Assembly (NCBI GenBank): GCA_043228905.1 | Contig: JBHGNT010000021.1 | Location: 6,386,001 to 6,450,000, forward strand | Length of the DNA: 64,000 nt | Direction of reading: 5' to 3' | DNA from: Azolla caroliniana | Taxonomy: Eukaryota; Plantae; Polypodiophyta | In this document: piece by piece, positions 1 to 12,362 of the stretch | Layout: each line of letters begins with the position of its first letter | How positions within the stretch are numbered: position 1 is the stretch's first letter | Notes under the pieces: model-generated | What the model was told of the DNA's origin: nothing | Databases searched by the model: none | The model's input: the letters and a program-made list of their open reading frames with translations, nothing else | Made by a program: the position numbers and the translations under genes

Positions 1-2557
1 GCTGATGGTTGGTTCTAGGAGACCCGCCTTCCAACTACAACGCTCAGTGAGGCAAGGTTGTCCCCTAGCCCCATATCTCTATCTCTTTGTAACCGAGGCT
101 TTCTCCGCCTACTTACAAGCACCAACCAGCGGGCTGCGGGGATTGCCCATCCCCAATGCGACTGAAGATTTGCTGTTATCTGAATATGCCAACGATACGG
201 TTCTTTTCTTGCAAGGTGATGAGGAGAATTTGCAGCGGGCTAAACATCTTGTTGAGGACTTTTGTCAAGCGGCTGGTACCAAGATCAATTGGAATAAAAC
301 CCAAGGCCTATGGTTCAACGAACAAGAGAAACCAAGATGGCAACCCCATGCCGATTTTATGTGGGTCCCTAATGGGACAACGTTCAAGTACCTTGGATTT
401 ACGATGGGGAGGTCAATCCCCAAGGGAGCGCAATTGGCCCACATACAAGCCAAAATAAATAGGAAGTTGACCCAATGGAGTAGATCTAAACTATCCTTCA
501 TTGGTAGGATCCTTGTTTTGAACCAAGTGCTGCTCGCTACCATGTGGCACTTAGTCTCCTGCTGGATTATGGACCCTACAGGTCTGCACGCGATTAAGGC
601 TGCCATCAGGGGGTTTATATGGTCAGGTAAGGACAACCCAAGGGTTGCTGCCAGAGTGTCATGGTGTTGGTTAACGCGGCTGCGGGCCAAAGGGGGGCTT
701 GGCCTCATAGACCCCTTAATGCAGAGTCGTTCATTGCTGGCTAAAATGGTGGTTCGCTGCCTCCTGCCAGGTAAGGGGTGCTGGAAGGTACTACTTCACA
801 ACAGGCTGCAAGCAGGGACTCCCAAGTATGGTAGGCCTTGGCCCGACTCCTTGAATTAGTGTTGCATGAGCAGAGTCCCACCCAAGCTAGCTTGCCATCC
901 GGAGGACAGGGTCGCGAACTCCATCTTGTGGTCATGGTGCCATCTACGACAGCATTTGGTCAAACACACCCCGGAGACATTGACCGAATGGACTAGACAA
1001 CCACTATTCTAGAATCCTCACGTGCGAACAAGTGACGACACGATGCTAGGGAAACTTAAGGGCCTAGCATGGGGAAAGTTGGCACAAACAAGCCTCCTAT
1101 CTATAGACAATTGGAGACGCATGGTTGTTTCAGGAAGAGCCCAAGAGGACCTTTTCCCTCCCCTCAAGGGAGCTACGAAAATGTGGAGACTGATAGCTGA
1201 GGTAGTTGACAGGGTTCCGATGGGGGAGGCAAGAGAACATGCATGGTTCGGTCTCTTTGACAAGGTTGGAATGGTCGAGTCGCTAAAGGGTGTGAGCAGA
1301 TCGGGGAGAGATATAGTTTTTGGGGATAGTCAGAGCAGGGGCTCTTGGCACCCAATCCGAGTGGTGGCACAGGTTGACAACATCTGGAAGACAGACTCGG
1401 ATGTTGCTAAGGTGGAACCCCATTGGAGGTTAAGGGTATATGGTTGTCGCCCCCTTGTCGATCTGGATTGGGACCCAGGGGATTTCAGATGGAAACATGA
1501 CGATAGACTCCATCACTTCTTCGATTACACCACTAAATTGGGTCGGACTTTGCAGCTGCAGCTAGGCAACCCCCTTCGCAATGGCTGGCGAACATTGGGC
1601 ATCCCCGATGAGACGCTCATTACCTTTTGGAAAGGTCTCTGGCGTCTCCACATGCCTGAAAAGATCAAGCTCTTTTGGTGGCAGATCGGTCATAATGTGT
1701 GCCCGTTGGCGAATGGCTAGATAAACGTGGCGGCCCGTTAGGCTGCCCACTGTGCTCTCGACCTATTGAGACTCTAAGACGTTGTCTGTGGGATTGCCCT
1801 CAAGCTCAAAAGATCTGGGATAGAGTGACTCGCCTCCTTGCGGCATGTGAAGTTGAAGGAACAACCTCGTGGAGCGCTGCGGCATGGATTGATCACTCGG
1901 TCGAAGGGTGGACAGACACCGTCAATGTGGATAGTTGGTGTTATGCATGCACGAAAGGCAAAATCGTCAAGATCTGCTTCGAAAGAGGCTTGCAGCCCGC
2001 ATCCCCTAGGTTTCCAGAAATCTGGATGCTGATCGCAGGTTTCACCTTGTGGTATATATGGAAAGCGCGTTGCCTCAAGGTTTTCCAAGGTATGGTACGG
2101 CCCCCGGAGGAAGTGATCATGGACATATGGTTCGCGATTATCAACTGCCTACGAGGGCAACTGGAAGAGATTTGCAGCCACTCCAACGACATGGTCTCTG
2201 CCCGTTTGCGCTTTTGGCAGAAATGGCGGAACACACCTATGGTGATGCAAGGCGGGAGTGGCCCGAGGTGGAATTACCAGCCCCCACGCTGGTTGTTTCC
2301 TACTCACCTGCCACCCTCTCTTCGTTGTAGGCCCCAAGAGCCGACTCGTACTAGGCAACATTGAAGGGCATCGCCTTAGATATAGCTAGCTTCTTACATT
2401 AAGTTAGGCTGCAAGGCATTGTAAGTAGGCTCATCTTCTTTTACTTGATCGGAGGAAGACTCCCCGATGTGTGTATAAGTCTCCTTGTAGACTCTCTATG
2501 TAATAATCCTTCCTAACTAATGGGAAAGTAACTTCATTTTGGAAAAAAAAAAAAAAA
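1..2557 (+). mobile_element. LINE (L1-like) non-LTR retrotransposon, 3' part: RT C-terminus, zf-RVT-like Cys motif and poly(A); disrupted
   Basis: ORF 5-859 has RQGCPLAPYLY, YAND (YADD-like), KYLG and GGLG motifs. ORF 1699-2364 has CPLC..ETLRRCLWDC and LWYIWKARC. A15 tail at 2543-2557. Stops and frameshifts separate the ORFs. Confidence 0.9.
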
Positions 2558-5147
2558 CTATCACTAAGATAATTACTTTATATGTTAAATAAATATATTC
2601 TTAAATATCTAATCAATATAATTATTGTATGTCAACAAAAGCATGAGCGCTAGGTGACGACATGCACTTAGCCCAAAATAAATGTGAGACCCTATATAAA
2701 GTTCTTCTCCCATCTTATTATGTAAAGGGAGGAGAAAGAAGGGAAGAGAGAAAAACAAAACAATATATGTGTCGAGGAGAATAAAAGAGCAACGTGGCTT
2801 AAAAATTCTCGAAAAGAGGGTTGAAATCTGAGGTGTGGACAATCACATCCTCTTTATTTAAGTCATTCAATATATATAAAAATATTAATTTACGGATTGT
2901 TTTGGTCTATTGGTGGAATTTGGAAATGATTTAATCTATCTCAAAGTTCGCGGGTTCGAAACCTAACTTGGTAAAAACAATCATCTCAAACCATCTTTTG
3001 GTTCCTCCACCGCCACCACCGATAAAGGCTCAGTGCTTGTCCGCACACATGCGACGTGCATTTCATGACACCGGAGAGTTTCATTCCTTCAAGTTATGCT
3101 TCAAGATATGTTCGAAGGAAAACAACCGTGGACAAAGTTGGAACTTGGTACCTTATTTCATTGAGAAGGCATGGATCAAATTTGGAACATAAAGACAATG
3201 GTCACATGATGGAATGTAGTGAACAATTATCAATAAGTGGCTGGTCATGGGTTGGTGATAGCCAACCATTTCTTGGTTTGTTGGCTTGGATTACATACAC
3301 TTGCATCCTCCATTGGAGAGAGAGATTGCAAAATCTTTGTAGAGGGAGATCTTGTGGAAACAAAGACATTAGGTTGGGAGGGTAACCACTTGTTCAAAAT
3401 TCAATTTTATCTGATGGCAAGGGATGGGTTGATTTCAACGCAAGATGTTATGGTGGCTTAACAAAAGAAGGATAAGGACATTTTGAATAGGTAGAACTAG
3501 ATTTGGGATTTCTAAAAGTTATAGACTTATTTGGTTAAAGATTCGAGGCTTGTTTATGTTGTAAAGGGCAATGAGTTTTTTCTTGAATTTTCACCTAAAG
3601 TTGGTTGGTCTATGTACACACCCTTCTTGGTGAACATTTGATTATGACAATTACATTATCATGCATGTCTAACAAATCATCATATCTCCCCCAAATTACC
3701 TTATATGTTGAGCACATGATAAGTGTGTGATATTTATCCTCCACTATGTTTTCATTGCATATTGCATATCTTTATATTTGGATGATGATGGCATGATTCT
3801 ACCTCCACAACTAACTTGTCTAACAAATTTCCAAGAAGTGTTAAGGTTCTATAAAAGCTAAGGCTCATGGGGGTAGTGAGATGTGATTGGATACATTCAG
3901 ACATTTTTATCATGTACTAGGACAACATTGGGGGTTAATATTCTACACGTAATATTCTAGTTTTGACATTTTCAAATCTTGCGATGTCATCCTTAGTGCC
4001 TCTAATAATCTGTCCTTGATGATCACATGATTCATAGCATCACCTCGGATCTCCAATCAATCTATTACTTCCCCATGTCTTAACTTAACATAATAGGAAG
4101 GGAAGGAGGCATAATTGTAATTTCACAAGAAATAAAAATTTACATATCAATGCGAGGGATGGATATTATGTCAATACCAGCTACTCACAAGTTATTAGCC
4201 CAAACGTTTTATTTCTCAATAAATAATTCAAATAAAGAAGACATTTTTCTTGTCACATATGTTTTATACACATACCAATGTCGCATCACATTTCATAATG
4301 TCCATGCATTCATCACAGCATGTGCTTGAGGCGTTTCAACGAAAAGGTTAATAAACTTTTTTTTCCACCATAAACATTTGCATAGTCAAGCATGAGTTGA
4401 CTACTTTTAGCATCAATTGTACCCCAACCATCACAACATCAATGTCTTAGTGTAGCTCAACTATCAAGGTCTACCACCACAAGGTTTGGTAGGATGACCA
4501 ATTTATGATAAGATATATGCATACATGTCCATCATACAATTACACATCATCATTTTGTTTTTTCATCACCCTTCATAGCACAATCCAACGCCATTGCAAA
4601 TATGTCGCGATGGGTAATTAATTGCCATTGAAGACCGAGAAATTAGGGTAAACGAATGGATCATTTCATTTTTATAACCAACACATCACGACCAATCACC
4701 TTTTCCACAATAAACCAAACCAAACTCCATTGTAAAAACATGATGAGAATAAGAAAAAGCATAAATGATGTGGTCACACACAAAGGTGAGATTTTGCCAT
4801 TACATGGTTATTATACAAATAACATTGTCAAGGTTTGCCATTAGATAAAAGCAACATGTTGCACTGGTCATTGAACTTGCACAATATTCATGAAAGAGTT
4901 ACGACTCGGAGAGAAATCACCAGAAAATTTGCCGATAAAACAAACTCAACATGAGTTTTTTCCATAGAAAGAATTGACGGATTCTCAAAAGAAATCCACA
5001 AAAATTTGGTTGAAGAGAACAAATGGATTCGATTCAGCCTTGAAAAATGTGTCACAATGAAAAGAATGCTTGAGAAACCGTTAAAGAGGGGTTTGGTCGA
5101 GAAAGAAAAACTTGTCAGGATCTCTGGTTGGATTTCGTCATGTTGTG

Positions 5148-6498
5148 TCATAACTGAATTGACAAGTGTCGACGCAAGGCTGAGACGATAACCGCGGGAG
5201 AACTGAGTTGAGGCAAATGACCTTCGGTCTGTAGAATCTCAACAATGCTCTTAGACCCAAGGTGTTGGTGAAGATAGTCTGAAACCACGAGCGGGACAGC
5301 GAGATCCTTGTGACTTTGCAAAATGTGGCACGGAACCGTCACGTAAGGCAAGATGCCTCTAAAATCACTCTCGAAGATGACTTTCGCTACCGTGTACGCA
5401 ATGTCCGGCCTCACGTTGAAGAGAGTTCTACTGAACTCTTGGACCGCGAACGAGTCCATGTCGTCGCCCACTGCTAAGGGGGCAAACCCCGAGACCCATG
5501 CCTTGAAGTTGGATTGCATTGCGTCGAAAAGTTGATCGAGGTCTTCTTGCTCAAAGCCTCCGAAGTAATCCACATCGTTCAAGTACCTACAAAATAGAAA
5601 GAATTTCCGAGGTTCTTTTTTGGGCTGATTTGGACCAAAAAAATAAACCAAAGCTTTTGAATGGTCGATCGAACCTCTCAACAAAAGACCTCATATGAAG
5701 CAAAAAAACAAACAAACTCTTAAGAGATAAAAGATCATCTATGTTACAAAACCAACATTCTACAACCTAATTAAAAGACCATATCTATGTTGCAAAACCA
5801 ACATTCTACAACCTAATTAAAAGACCCTATCTATGTTGCAAAACCAACATTCTAATACCAAACTAAAAGACCATATCCATGTCATAAAACCAATATTCTA
5901 CTACCTAACTAAAAGACCATCTCTATGTTGCAAAACCAAACATTCTAATACCAACCTAAAAGACCATATCTATGTCATAAAACCAACATTCTAATACCTA
6001 ACTAAAAGACCATATCCATGTAATAAAACCAATATTCTACTACCTAACTAAAAATATTATATCTATGTCATAGAACCAAAAATCCTCCAGCTAGCTACAT
6101 ACAAGAGAAGAATTTGGACTCTTCACTAACCTTGGGGAAGCAGAGACTAAGATAACTTTGGTGAATAAATCGGGTCGTTCAATTGAAGCCAAGCAACCGA
6201 CCATACCCATGACAGAGTGACCAATATAAGAGCATGAAGTGACTCGGAGCTCATCGAGGATGGCAATGAGGTCACATGCATAGCCATGGAGGGTAGAATA
6301 TCTCTGGAAACTAAAGTAATCCGGGTTGGTCGAGCCTGCCCCGAGGTTGTCGAAGAGTACGAGCCTATAGTCGTGGACAAGGTGAGGGATGACATGTTTC
6401 CATAGTGATTGGTCGGTCCCGAACCCGTGACCTAGAACCACCACTTCATGACCCGACCCGATCACTCGCACATTGTGAAGCTCAAAGATCGATGCCAT
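5148..6498 (-). CDS. KAI2: KAI2 (karrikin-insensitive 2 / D14-like) alpha/beta hydrolase, 268 aa; exons 6498-6131 and 5586-5148
   Basis: Motifs [16 protein letters not shown] (catalytic Ser), SPR|YLND across a GT-AG intron (6130-5587), FAPLAVG, KDLAVP (Asp) and EGHLPQLS (His). Exon lengths 368+439=807 nt stay in frame. Confidence 0.93.
5728..6078. repeat. ~46-bp minisatellite, about 7.5 copies, in the KAI2 intron
   Basis: Unit AAAAGACCATATCTATGTTGCAAAACCAACATTCTACAACCTAATT repeated with variants. Confidence 0.9.
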
Positions 6499-6499
6499 T

Positions 6500-6900
6500 G
6501 CGTGTATTTGTGTGTGTGTTTGTGTGCTTAATTTTAGGAAAAACCCAAAATTTCCTTTTGTTTTTCTATAGTTTCCGAATGCTCTGTTCTTCTTCTTCAG
6601 ATGATGATAGTGATGGTGATGATACTGCATACATACATTACATTAGGCCAAAATGCTCTGTTTTTCTTCTTCAGATGATGATGATGATGGTGATGGTGAT
6701 GATAATGTGTGTATGTGTGCTTAATTTTAGGAAAAACCAAAAATTTCCTTTTGTTTTTCTTTAGTTTCCAAATGCTCTGTTCTTCTTCTGATGATGATGA
6801 TGATGATGATACTGCATACATACATTACATTGGGCCAAATGTTCTGTTCTTCTTCTTCTGATGATGATGATGGTAATGATAATGCATACATACACATATA
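6500..6900. repeat. Tandem duplications (~194-bp unit and ~60-bp sub-unit with (GAT)n/(TTC)n) immediately upstream of the KAI2 ATG
   Basis: TGTGTGCTTAATTTTAGGAAAAAC.. at ~6521 and ~6714. ATGCTCTGTTCTTCTTC..GATGATGAT-type units recur about four times. Confidence 0.85.
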
Positions 6901-6931
6901 TTATATTGGGGTATGTTTAGGTTGACTGGAA

Positions 6932-6969
<38 letters not shown>

Positions 6970-8346
6970 ATGAATCTTTTCTTTTCTAAAGGCATGTATT
7001 TGTAATAGATGCCCATACTCTATGCCCATAACCTCTTGACTCTCCATGTATGTCTCCTCTTTATTCACTAAATGCCCATAACCTCTATCTCTCTTTCTTC
7101 AGATCAACCCACCCACTAACAATCCAACCGACCGAAGGCAGACTAACCACCACATGGGGCTAGGTAAAAAAGACAAAAATCAACCTCGTAGGTGTAAAGC
7201 TAGTTGATACAAGAGACAAACTCCTCTCGACTAATGAAATAGGCATTGGATAACTTCGTTGTTTGGGAGATATTGTTATTATCACCTCAGTCATAGATGT
7301 GGTCATCTCGACATTGTTCATTGAACAACTGGCGAATTTTCGTTTCATTTCATTTTCTCCAGCTTGGGTCAAGATAATATCTATCATATAAATTGCATGG
7401 AATCCATCACATCTCACTTTTTGATCTCTGAAGTAGCCCACAAACAAATCTAAAATTACCTATAGAAACACTTGTGAGGGGGAGAGAGAGCCAACTAGGT
7501 AGTATATACAACTCCCAAAGAAAGCCACACAATTAGATTTTCTTTTGTCGCCATTTTCTTGATTCCATGTCATTGGTTTCACACCGTGCCAACCAAAAGA
7601 GACCACTTTTTTCTTATTAGAAGGTGATCCTTCGAGCAATTGCCTTCAAAACTTTTTCTTGGTAGAAAGGTGTGTTATATCACTATCACATTCTATGCTC
7701 CCGTGATTCTCTCTCTCTCTCTATCTATCTTTATCTTAACACTTTCTCATATCCATATAACCTTTTTATAGTCCTTCTCTTATCTCTAAATACCCTTCTC
7801 CTCCTCCCTTAACATCTCTCTATATAAAAAGGGTTGAGAGTATTCTGGCACGAGCACAAAAAATAAACATGTGCCTCCATAGTCACATGATGTTAGTGAC
7901 AAGCATGGCCAATGGCCTTTGCATTTTGTTGGGGTTTGAGAGGCTTCTAGGCTACATCATTAATGACATGACATCACTTCTTTTATGTCGTATTATATAT
8001 ATGTATATTAGTTGTATATAATAAAATGTTGCGTGAAACTCTCTAGTACACATTGCTATTTTAATTATAACATACAAAATTGTCCAATCTTTGAATTCGC
8101 AAATAATTGGGGCTCTCTGCATGATCTTGGTTCACTCATAAATATGTAATGGAATGAAAGATAAAGGAGATTGAAGATTAATATACACCATATACGTGAG
8201 GTGGTAAATCATAGATACATGGGGGGGGTGGGGGGGGTGGCCGCTTATTGCAATTATGCCAGGTGCAAGGTTCAATCAAGTGGGGTAATGTATGTTGGCT
8301 ACCATGGCAGGCCCCAATTGTCAACTATGAGCATTAGGAAGAGGGG

Positions 8347-8790
8347 ATGACTTTGGTTATAAAAGCACAAGAGATTTTTTGCTCCACCATCGGCAATATC
8401 CACTCAACTCCTATTAGTGCCAAATCTCAAGTTGTGTTAAACTTGGTCAACCCAATAACTCTTTGGATTCTATGGAAACAACATTGTAGACAGGTCTTCT
8501 CCAACGAAAGCGCGCAACCAATAATGTTAATGCAAGAGATATGGAGTGAAGCTTTAGCCACTCTAAAGAGTCAATATGATGGCCTCAAGGGCGACTCCGA
8601 TAGAGTTGAAAGACGACGACTAGCCTTTATCCAACAATGGTCGTCCTCTCCCTTTCTTGAGGCAGTGGGCATCCAGATAAGATGGACCTATCGTGTCCAT
8701 ATAGGGATTTGTATATAATAATCTCATCTGTAAAATCTTTATAACTAATGGAAGGAGTTTTTTTTGGAAAATAAATAAATAAATAAATAA
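8347..8790 (+). mobile_element. 5'-truncated LINE 3' fragment
   Basis: ITLWILWKQHC..EIW..W resembles the C-terminal region of the LINE at 1699-2364. Ends in an (AAAT)n tail. Confidence 0.7.
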
Positions 8791-9199
8791 AATCATAGAT
8801 ACACAAGTCATAATGTGCTAAAGCACTACGTGGAAGCATTACGATTGCACATAAAATAAGACAAATTTTATGTCCATGCAATTCATTGTGTCTAGATTGA
8901 TAACATTCTCTTATTAAAATTACAAAGCTCACAAATATTTAAAGACAATAGTGTCATGGTAAAACTTTTGGTTGGCGCTATTTACATTTCACTATGTTAA
9001 TTATAAAAAAACTCTGCATATTCAAGTTTAAGATCAAGCATGCTAACACCCGCGACAATTTTGAGAAATTTCCATAACACAAAGAATCCACTGCCATAAT
9101 GAAATGGAACATGGATTGTTGGCATTTGATGAAGGAAAAATAATTTGACACAATATTGGTTATAATTATGGTTTTACGAACATTTACAAGCTACTAATG

Positions 9200-9750
9200 G
9201 GCTCGGTTCAATTCAATTTGTTTACATTGAAATTGAACGAAACCATTTATACAAAAATCAAACCAAACCATTTTGAACAGTCAAGCCATTTAAACCAAAT
9301 GATTTAAGAAAAGGTAAAACCAATCATTTTAACCAAGCTTGTTAGGGAAAAGTTAAAACCAAATCGAACTATTTAGTAAAAATTTAAACCTAACCATTTA
9401 AGTCAAAATAATTAAAAAACTAAATAAACAAAAATACATTAAATTAAATAAACATTTGAGTTAAATTAATTAAATCAATAAAAAAATCATTAATTAAAAT
9501 TAATCAAGCCTATAAAAAATATTAATTAAACCATTAAATTTATAAATCATTAAAGAAATAAAAAAGTTTACCAAAAATCAATAAACCTTTAAATCAAACA
9601 ACTTAAACATATAAACCGATAAACTCGAGTTTTAGAACCTAACTAAACCATTTATTAATAATCCGAACCGAACTGAACCATTTAATTATTCTGGAACCAA
9701 TAAACCATTAAACCACAACTTAATGGTTTGGTTTGAGCCAAAACCGAGGC
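9200..9750. mobile_element. AT-rich non-autonomous DNA transposon/MITE-like element with AACC(G/A) subterminal motifs
   Basis: Begins GGCTCGGTT and ends AACCGAGGCC, with many AAACCA/AACCG motifs. Similar motifs occur in the opposite orientation at ~26960-27130. Confidence 0.45.
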
Positions 9751-10079
9751 CATAGATATTAAAAGCTCAATGAGCCTTTATATAGTGCATGATGGACCTC
9801 ATAAGGATGATGCCTTTAATACAAAGATTATATCTTTTGATTATATAAGCATAATGGCTTTCTTGCATACATATTCTACTCCTATATATGTCCTACAAAT
9901 TGACCACAAGCTTGTGACGATATTTGTAATGAGTTTTCACTAAATTGTTTTGATCAACTATAGGAAAGTTGTACAACTACAAGATCAACCAATGGTATAT
10001 GAACACGATGATGTTACAAATGCTCTTGATATGAGACATGGTGTTATGCAAAAAACAACTATACCCATGAATCCACAAA

Positions 10080-10490
10080 TAGAGACTAGTAAACTTTAAT
10101 TGGTAACTAGTATCACAATTTGGTATATTTGGAAGGCTAGATATTTGAAGGTATTCCAAAATATTACAAAAAAACCTGCCTAGATCATTTAGGGGATTTG
10201 GACAGAGATTAGCATAATCTCAGAGGTTCTTTGGATAAAACAAAAGGTAATACGCAACAAGTAGAATTACGATGATTGGAGTTTCATGCCATATGGGAAG
10301 AAGGCATATTTCATATGCAGAAATCGAACAAGGTTGAGTGGTTCTACTCTACATCAAAGTATTTATTTAAGCCGCCAATTAGAAGTTAGCATGGAGGTAA
10401 TTACTTATATGTACATACTTCATGTACAATATTAGGGTGTTTCTTAATACATTATAGTATCTTTCTTGGCAAATAAAATAAAATAAAGAA
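10080..10490 (+). mobile_element. Degenerate LINE 3' fragment
   Basis: Translates ITIWYIWKARYLKVFQ, close to LWYIWKARCLKVFQ of the LINE at ~2050. A-rich 3' end. Confidence 0.7.
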
Positions 10491-11899
10491 AAGGGTACCA
10501 CCCCATCAAAATTCACACCACATGTTAAGCTATTTAAATGTATAGGGACATCTTCTGATGGAATCGTTAATGGTATAAAATTAAAGATATTCATAAAAAT
10601 AACATTTCATTTGTTGATGCTATAATACATATGGGAAATGCACAATTTTTCTCCAAACCATGTAAATGGAGAAACAAACATGGTAAACTTTATCAAAATC
10701 GTTTCTTTTCAATAGTAAAACAATGAAATTGATTATTTGCTCCACTTTGTCTTTAAAGGAGGAAGATCTTTATGTGCTTGTTGGTGTGAATACATTGAAT
10801 TGTGGTCAATGGAGAGCTTGAGAAGTTAGTGTAGTAAATGGTTAGTCATTAGGGTTAGTTGTCATAGACATTGGAAAATAAGACGAGAGAATATATGGAT
10901 GACTCAAGGATTGGATGCAGGGGTAAGGACAGTGGATTCAGGCAAGAGCTAATGAAGACATGAAGCAAAAAGATGGAGAAAGTGGACAAATATTAACCTC
11001 TAATACATGTGTTCCTATATTCGTGTACTACAAGACAATATTAACGAAGATATGATCAAAGATCACACCAAAGTCTTTTGAACAAAAGAGCCAATGGCAA
11101 GTGAGGATGCATATCCTAAGGCACTTGAAGGGTATTATTAAGTTTGACATCAATTTTGGCTTACAGACAAAATTGGCATGATATTGTCATTTAAATTACA
11201 CTTGAGACATGAAAGGGATGAAATCTCTACCTCTAAATTTTGTTTTTCGTGCGATAATACGAAGAAATCAAGTGTCATTAATAGTTATCCTTAACAAAAG
11301 TAGAATGTTAGGCGGTGTGCTATGTGGAACATGAAGTAGTTTGGTTGAGAAAACTTCTTCGAGGAGAAATAATGATGCTAATTAAAGGGGGAGCCAAATA
11401 TGGATAGCATGCATCAAGCAAAGGTGCATGATTATCACAAATTTGAATAATGTCTTTGATGGGTGAACCATGCACATTGAGATAGAATACCTAAATGATG
11501 TTGTATTAATTGGCAATAAAATAGTGTGGTAATTCAATTAAGTAAACAACGTAGAAGCTTTCTTTATGAAAGATGAAGCAAGAGTTTGAATGAATGATGT
11601 GGAAATAGAGCTTGAAGGAATGGGCACCACATTATTCGTTCAAACTCTTGATTCATCTTTTATAAAGGTATCCTAAAAGAACGTGTGGGAGTTTCCTCGT
11701 TAGAATTTTGGGTGAATTGCTCGTACATTATTATGTTGAATAGAATCCTAGATGTTGTGGTCTAGTGCTTGCAAAAGATAACAGTCCAATTCATGAATTG
11801 AAAAAACCTTGTTCCTTAATATCTATGAACACAAAAGAAAAACATTATTACCCTTATCCATGTTTTTGTTGAGTGTCTAAACATAAAATGTATGCATGT

Positions 11900-12035
11900 C
11901 ACCGTAATAATTATGCATAGTGTACATATTGTTGAATTGCCTCCTAATTTTGAGTAAGAATAACAAAACACCGTAATATTTATGCATAGTGTACATATTG
12001 TTGAATTGCCTCCTAATTTTGAGTAAGAATAAATA
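11900..12035. repeat. 69-bp tandem duplication
   Basis: ACCGTAAT..TATGCATAGTGTACATATTGTTGAATTGCCTCCTAATTTTGAGTAAGAATAA occurs twice (11901 and 11970). Confidence 0.9.
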
Positions 12036-12362
12036 ATAATAAATATGCATTCCTCAAATATATAAACACAATACAATTGTATTTTTTGTTCCAGGTTACT
12101 AACTACACCTCCCATATGAAGATTTTGTTCCCTTGACTGTCACCACAGTGAGAATTCAATATAATTTTCAACACATCCAAACTCAAAACTTCTTGTTTTG
12201 TAAATAGCCAAGGAGTACTCAATACGAGGTAGTCATTTGTCTTAGGAAATACACTATATCACCCTACCAAGCTACCATAACAACTGTTGCCACTTTCCAC
12301 TTTTGGACTTAGTTCGGTTGGTCATAGGCGAAATGTGAGCTATCACGGCCATCCACACACTA

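Noticed and set aside
2900-2970. tRNA or SINE suggested by the B-box-like GGTTCGAAAC
   Set aside because: No cloverleaf, convincing A-box spacing, tail or TSD could be established.
3050-4850. Possible degenerate TE coding remnants
   Set aside because: No diagnostic motif could be read with confidence.
6499-6821. His-rich N-terminal extension of KAI2 and neighbouring poly-His/Met ORFs
   Set aside because: These are translations of (GAT)n microsatellites. KAI2 homology starts at ATG 6498.
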